Shown: piece after piece, positions 59,009 to 64,000 of the stretch | How positions within the stretch are numbered: position 1 is the first letter of the stretch | How the letters are laid out: every line of letters begins with the position of its first letter | Assembly (NCBI GenBank): GCA_963828195.1 | Contig: CAWHDT010000005.1 | Span: forward strand, 96,001-160,000 | Direction of reading: 5' to 3' | Source: Candidatus Bathyarchaeota archaeon | GTDB taxonomy: Archaea > Thermoproteota > Bathyarchaeia > Bathyarchaeales > Bathycorpusculaceae | Length of the DNA stretch: 64,000 bases | The notes under the pieces: model-generated | The model's database searches: none | What the model was told of the DNA's origin: nothing | Seen by the model: only the letters and a program-made list of their open reading frames with translations | Program-made: the position numbers and the translations under genes

Positions 59009-59381
59009 GTAAATTCACCGGGCTTGAGTATTCAAGCAACGAAGGGGTATATAAAGCATCTATTTATAAAGCCCCCTTAAAGGTCTTTTAAAGTTTTTTC
59101 ATCTGGGGGTTCTGTCAAGTCTCCGTTACACCTCCATTTCAACTTTCGTCGGTAAGCTTGCATTCTGAATTAATTGCGGTCGCATTAATTTTTTTTAATC
59201 CATGCAAAGTCTTTTCTCTATCCTTTTTAACTTGTTAATTAAGCCAAAAGACGTGGCGCTGCAATGGCGTTGTCCTATTTGAACGTCAGCCTAAAAATTC
59301 AGGTGCCTACAGCACAGTGGAGCCTAAAACACCTGTTGCTGTGCACATAAACGTGGAGGAGACATCCGATTTCTGCAGGGA

Positions 59382-60473
59382 TTATTCTGGGGGGGTGTCT
59401 CGGTAGATGGGGAACCTCAGCAAAGCAGCTACTCCGCCTAGAGACAGCAGTTTTGCGCCGGCTTCATGTTCAGTGCTGATTACAGTTACGTTTGCACGGT
59501 GCTTCTCTACTTCCCGCATGAGATCCTCAAGTTTTAGCCGCTGAGGCTCACCTGCGTCGCGGAGGGTGGTGTCTGCAAGGATCAGCCGCTCAACTGCTCC
59601 CATGTTAACCGCGTTTTCAACGGCTTCTAACCCGTAGGTTACCGTGCCTTCGCCTTTCCCAAGCCTCTTCATGACTTCCTCAATGGTTTCTGTTTCGTCT
59701 ACGACTCGAAGTTGATGAGCAGCTTTCAACAAAATACCCGCACGCAAAGCCTCATCGATACCTGCGGTGCCGCCGTTATTAACGCTCTTCACATCCATAA
59801 CTGACTTCGACATTTCCTTAGCCTCATCGTTGAGGAACCTAACGAAGTCATTCTTAACAAACCCCGCGCCGATTACAACAATCGGGTTGTGGCTTTGACA
59901 CCACAGTTTCTCCAAACTTTTCACTGCGAGACCAAAATACGCTTTTGTGGCTTCAACCCGCTTGTCCGCCTCTTGCTTTCCAGGCAGCCGCATGCGTTGC
60001 TCAACTCTTGTTTCTACGCCATACTGTTTAGTTTCAGCTATCGCGAAGCCTTCGTCATCGATGGAGATTATCAGCATGGGCTTCTCAGTTTCACTTGCCC
60101 TCGTAAGCCGGTCCACTATGTGTTTGGGCCATTCTTTCTTCACAATCGTCACTGGCTGATTCAAAGCGATACTGAGCGTATGATGTGCGCCTTTAGGAAT
60201 AATGTCTGGAGCATGGCAGATTAACCCGTGAACCCGCAGTTTACCTAGAAACTTGTCCCAGCTGACCGAAATCACCTTTACCCCCATAAAAGCTGAAACG
60301 CGCTCGCCGCTTTTCGGTCGGGAAGCTTCCGTGTCGCTTTTTATGGCTCTTGAACTGAAAGCGTAAACCTCGTCGCCTTGATAGATGACGTTGTATAGGT
60401 GCCAAAGGTCATCTGGCGAGTCTGGAACAACTTTAACGAAGTCTTGCTCCAGATTCTTCTGTATAATCTTCAC
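59382..60473 (-). CDS. pelA: mRNA surveillance protein pelota
   Basis: DDLWHLYNVI..GD, LRVHG, GAHHTL, AGFVKNDF, YG..V..A...GAV, STEHEAG..L..LGGVAALLRF. Confidence 0.95.
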   Translation of the reverse strand: MKIIQKNLEQDFVKVVPDSPDDLWHLYNVIYQGDEVYAFSSRAIKSDTEASRPKSGERVSAFMGVKVISVSWDKFLGKLRVHGLICHAPDIIPKGAHHTLSIALNQPVTIVKKEWPKHIVDRLTRASETEKPMLIISIDDEGFAIAETKQYGVETRVEQRMRLPGKQEADKRVEATKAYFGLAVKSLEKLWCQSHNPIVVIGAGFVKNDFVRFLNDEAKEMSKSVMDVKSVNNGGTAGIDEALRAGILLKAAHQLRVVDETETIEEVMKRLGKGEGTVTYGLEAVENAVNMGAVERLILADTTLRDAGEPQRLKLEDLMREVEKHRANVTVISTEHEAGAKLLSLGGVAALLRFPIYRDTPPE

Positions 60474-60623
60474 AATCTACACTTCGCTTAGCCTATTGTA
60501 CACAAAGAAATAAAAACATACTTTAACGGAACACAGAAAAGTGCAAAAAGCGGAAACGCGGCGTGGCAAAATTTAAATTCTTTTAATACATAGATAATTA
60601 TGAACTGGTTTAGGTGATTTTTT

Positions 60624-60917
60624 ATGAGTCAAATGCTTCAGGATTATATGTGTAAATACGTTCAAGAAAAAATAGAACCCCTCAAAGGATGCCTTTTAGC
60701 AGCTTTAAACAGCAAAGATCAATATCTCAGTCTTTTAGATGAAAGTTTAGGCACACCCACCCCGTCAATAGATCTAAAACTCTGTGAATTGTTAGCCAAC
60801 GCCGGGGTTTTCCGCGAAGAAGTCAAGCTCAACAGAGACGGACGCAACGAATACAAACTATTTTACCTCACTGATGTAGGCAAAGAAATGGCAATGCAAA
60901 TCAAAAAAGAAACATAA
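60624..60917 (+). CDS. Hypothetical winged-helix-like protein
   Basis: AGGTGA RBS; L...G.F.E...FYLTDVGKEMA wing motif. Confidence 0.65.
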   Translation: MSQMLQDYMCKYVQEKIEPLKGCLLAALNSKDQYLSLLDESLGTPTPSIDLKLCELLANAGVFREEVKLNRDGRNEYKLFYLTDVGKEMAMQIKKET

Positions 60918-61058
60918 ACTGGTTGAATGACTAAAAACCCAAATTTCAAATTCCTAACCAAACAAACTATGATGCCAAGTTAAAGTATAAACAGTATTCT
61001 TAATTGAAAAAAATTAAATGAAAAAGTCTTGGGGAAAAAATTCCCCGTTTTTGCTTGC

Positions 61059-63293
61059 CTAAATTAGGTGCAACAGGTTTATGAACAGCGGAATGAAAAC
61101 GATTGACAACGTGCTGAGCAGTTTTATGAGTACGTGAAGGCTTGGTCCCGCGGTGTCTTTGAGTGGGTCGCCGACTGTGTCGCCTACTACTGCCGCTGCA
61201 TGTGCTTGTGAGCCTTTACCGCCGTACTTGCCTGTTTCAATGAATTTCTTCGCGTTGTCCCATGCGCCTCCGCCAGTGTTAAAGAACAATGCCAATGGAA
61301 CGGCCGAGATGGTTGCACCGATTACAAAAGCGCCTACAGCTATAGGCCCTAACAGGACACCGACTATGATTGGAAAAACCACAAGGATCACTCCCGGAAG
61401 CACCATGCCTTTTAAAGCGGCTTTTGTGCTGATGTCTACTGCTTTTCCATATTCGGGTTTGCCTGTTCCCTCCATGATGCCTGGGATTTCTCTGAATTGT
61501 CGTCTGACTTCTTCCACCATCTCTGCTGCCGCTTTTCCGACGGCGCTAATGGCCTGCGAGCTGAAGAAGAATGGCAGCATTGCACCGAGGATGCCTGCAA
61601 TGAGGACTGCTGGGTTTGAAATATCCACCACAAAGGGTTGACCTGTTCGCGCTGAAACCTCGGAAGCATAGGTTTGAAACAGTAGTTGTGCCGCAAGTAA
61701 GGCTGAGCCAAGTGCAAAGCCTTTTGTTAGCGCTTTGGTAGTGTTTCCGACTGCGTCGAGTGCTTCCATGGTAGCTTCAGCACCGCCTTCACCTGACATT
61801 TGTGCGATTCCAGCTGCGTTGTCAGCGATCGGGCCGAAACCGTCAAGTGCTAAGACCATACCCATGACAGCGAGCATACCCATCGTAGCTAAAGTGGTTC
61901 CATATATTCCGCCAAGAATTGGTCCCGAAACCAATACTACACCAGCAGGGCTGAGAATAGCTGGAACGTGCGCCAAGATGGCAAATTGTGTGCCAAAGTA
62001 GAATGAAGCGATAAGTGCGATTACAAGTGAGATTATTGGCAAAGCGGTTGTTTCGAGTCCTACCGCGAATCCTGTAATTATGTTTGTTGCGGCGCCTGTT
62101 TGGCTGGCTTTAGCTATGCGCCCGACTGGACCGCGGTCGCTTCCAGTGTAGTAGTCGGTGATGTAGTCGATTGATACGCTTGCGCCTAAGCCGGCGAGTA
62201 AGCAGAAGTACAGATAGAGATACGCAAGTGAGAAGCTGCCGTTTCCTAATAGAAAGATTGTTGCGAACAGGAATAGAATGCCTGATACTATGGTAGTTAC
62301 CAGGAGGCCTTTTCTCAGGGCTTTCATCGGATGTTTGGCTTCTGCCTCATTAAGCTTTACGAAGGGCATGCCGACCAATGTTGCAAAGATGCCTAAAGCG
62401 CGTGCGATAAGCGGGAAAACTAAGAATATTAGGTTACCAGTGGCTATGCTGATTAAGCCGCCGATAATCATTCCGCCGATGTTTTCCCCCGTGGCTGATT
62501 CGAACAAGTCTGCGCCTCTTCCAGCAGAATCACCAACGTTATCGCCAACGTTATCAGCAATGACTGCGGGGTTGCGTGCGTCATCTTCGGGTATGCCTGC
62601 TTCAACTTTACCTACAAGGTCTGCACCTACATCTGCCGCTTTAGTGTAAATTCCGCCACCGAGCTGAGCAAACAAAGCGATTAATGAGGCACCGAAACCC
62701 ATACCAACTATACCGCTTAATGAGAAGTTTCTGATGTCCGTCGCAGCGATAGCCGGAGCAAGATGGTTAAATAAGATGTTGTAGCCGCCATAAAGCAGGA
62801 ATAAAAAGCTTACACCTAAAAGAGATAAACCGACAACAGCCATACCCATCGTAGCACCACCATAAAAGGCCGTTTTAAGGGCTTTTTCAGCGCCGTCTTT
62901 TGCTGCCGCCACCGTGCGAACGTTCGCTTTAGTGGCGTTGTCCATGGCTATGTAGCCAGCAGCCAACGAAGCGACTGCGCCTACCAAGAAGGCTGCAGCA
63001 GTTTCGATGCCAAATGGACCGCTGGGCAAAGCAACCCACAGCAGAACAAACACAACTACAGTAATTACTCCAATTGTTTTGTACTGACGTTTTAGGAAAG
63101 CGTATGCGCCTTCCCGAATAGCGTTTCCCACTTCAACTGCTTTCGGACCTCCAGGGCTCATTTTGCCAATGTGCCGCATAAGCAAAAGCGAAGCGATTAT
63201 CGCTATTACTCCAGCTATAGGAGCGATCCAAAAAAAGTCTGGGTTAGCTGAATTATTTGTTAATGTTGCAAGTGCTTGTAAGGGTATGAACAT
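61059..63293 (-). CDS. hppA: Membrane pyrophosphatase, K+-independent H+-translocating type
   Basis: GGGIYTKAADVGADLVGKVE, EDDARNP, DNVGDNVGD, GNTTKA (Lys at the K+-dependence site), GDTVGDPLKD; start at 63293 fits TATATAAG ~25 nt upstream (ORF track start 63353). Confidence 0.93.
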   Translation of the reverse strand: MFIPLQALATLTNNSANPDFFWIAPIAGVIAIIASLLLMRHIGKMSPGGPKAVEVGNAIREGAYAFLKRQYKTIGVITVVVFVLLWVALPSGPFGIETAAAFLVGAVASLAAGYIAMDNATKANVRTVAAAKDGAEKALKTAFYGGATMGMAVVGLSLLGVSFLFLLYGGYNILFNHLAPAIAATDIRNFSLSGIVGMGFGASLIALFAQLGGGIYTKAADVGADLVGKVEAGIPEDDARNPAVIADNVGDNVGDSAGRGADLFESATGENIGGMIIGGLISIATGNLIFLVFPLIARALGIFATLVGMPFVKLNEAEAKHPMKALRKGLLVTTIVSGILFLFATIFLLGNGSFSLAYLYLYFCLLAGLGASVSIDYITDYYTGSDRGPVGRIAKASQTGAATNIITGFAVGLETTALPIISLVIALIASFYFGTQFAILAHVPAILSPAGVVLVSGPILGGIYGTTLATMGMLAVMGMVLALDGFGPIADNAAGIAQMSGEGGAEATMEALDAVGNTTKALTKGFALGSALLAAQLLFQTYASEVSARTGQPFVVDISNPAVLIAGILGAMLPFFFSSQAISAVGKAAAEMVEEVRRQFREIPGIMEGTGKPEYGKAVDISTKAALKGMVLPGVILVVFPIIVGVLLGPIAVGAFVIGATISAVPLALFFNTGGGAWDNAKKFIETGKYGGKGSQAHAAAVVGDTVGDPLKDTAGPSLHVLIKLLSTLSIVFIPLFINLLHLI

Positions 63294-63466
63294 GTTCAAT
63301 AAGCCATGCCCAATTTCCTTATATATTTTTCTAACAGAATTAGGCAATGACATCTGTAAATCAGGAATTTATATGAAACAAAAAATGTTATCAACCAAAA
63401 TTGGTTGCATTTTTAAGGAAGTTTCGAACATAACTCAATAAGTCTGCGCTTTGAAGTGATTAAGTG

Positions 63467-64000
63467 ATGCTTTCAAGATTAATCGTTGTTAAGGTTGGCA
63501 CAAGCGGCATAACGACCAGCGAAGGGAACCTTGACGAAGAAGAAATGAAGAAATTAACCAGTGAAATAGCGGCAGCAACCGTGCAGGGAGATAAAGTGGT
63601 TCTGGTGACTTCAGGCGCAGTGGCGGCGGGGATAGCTGAATTGGGCATACCTCCGAAACCTAATGATGTGGTTTTTCAACAGGCTGCGGCTGCAACGGGG
63701 CAAAGTGTCCTTATGGCTAAATACCGTGAACTCTTCAAGGCTCATAACCAAAAAGTTGCGCAAATCTTGCTTACCGCAGAAGACCTTTCCAATCGGGCAT
63801 CGTACTTACACACCTGTAACGTGCTAAGAATGCTGCTGAAAACAGGTGTCATTCCAATAATTAACGAAAACAACGTAACCTCGGTGGATGAGCTTAGACA
63901 AAAGGAAGGCTACAAAGTGAACTTCAGCGACAATGACATTCTTTCGGTTCTTGTCGCTAGCGCAATCGGCGCAGACCTAATTGTGATTTTGTCAGATGTT
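63467..64000 (+). CDS. proB: Glutamate 5-kinase (partial, runs off the right edge)
   Basis: IVVKVGTS, VLVTSGAVAAG, QQAAAATGQ, AQILLT, IPIINEN, FSDNDILS, ILSDV. Confidence 0.93.
   Translation, partial: MLSRLIVVKVGTSGITTSEGNLDEEEMKKLTSEIAAATVQGDKVVLVTSGAVAAGIAELGIPPKPNDVVFQQAAAATGQSVLMAKYRELFKAHNQKVAQILLTAEDLSNRASYLHTCNVLRMLLKTGVIPIINENNVTSVDELRQKEGYKVNFSDNDILSVLVASAIGADLIVILSDV

Noticed and set aside
2155-62649. Numerous antisense or nested ORFs (e.g. 2155-2649, 10488-10928, 25969-26334, 48628-49047, 61153-61641)
   Set aside because: Shadow frames of well-supported genes on the opposite strand with no motifs of their own
61059-63293. Na+-translocating or K+-dependent PPase call
   Set aside because: GNTTKA has Lys at the determinant position, which indicates the K+-independent H+-pumping class

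Overview
Archaeal chromosomal window. It is most consistent with Bathyarchaeia, by inference from the tandem membrane-anchored beta-propeller proteins, a Cys-containing Cren7-like gene, TBP/TFS/pelota and the methanofuran genes. Housekeeping content includes NAD/MTA/adenine salvage genes (pncA, nnr, tsr3, macrodomain, apt, mtnP), an HtrA protease, a MacB-type ABC transporter, tRNA-Phe(GAA), an MMPL transporter, a methanofuran cluster (mfnB-A-D-F-E plus a divergent HisA-like gene), TFS, a proteasome alpha subunit, RNase P RNA, AK6, CorA, NcsA/TtuA, TBP, pelota, a K+-independent H+-PPase and the start of proB. The most notable region is a ~5 kb island (40469-45666) bounded by a ~90 bp duplication of the 3' end of the RNase P RNA gene. 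It carries an AbrB/VapC toxin-antitoxin pair and a two-gene cassette. One gene encodes a 400-aa protein with a 19-Asp microsatellite tract followed by a Trp-rich Cx7C-x12-Cx7C segment; the other is an AMMECR1/alpha-alpha-toroid fusion enzyme. I propose this cassette as a candidate undescribed peptide-modification (RiPP-like) system; that function is inference. Other observations include a dispersed ~105 bp tandem-hairpin repeat in two copies, 5'-leader hairpins with different sequences but matching structure before the two propeller genes, an N-domain-less pelota paralog, unannotated small ORFs and a frameshifted HExxH gene. All family calls come from motif recognition by eye; no database search was run.
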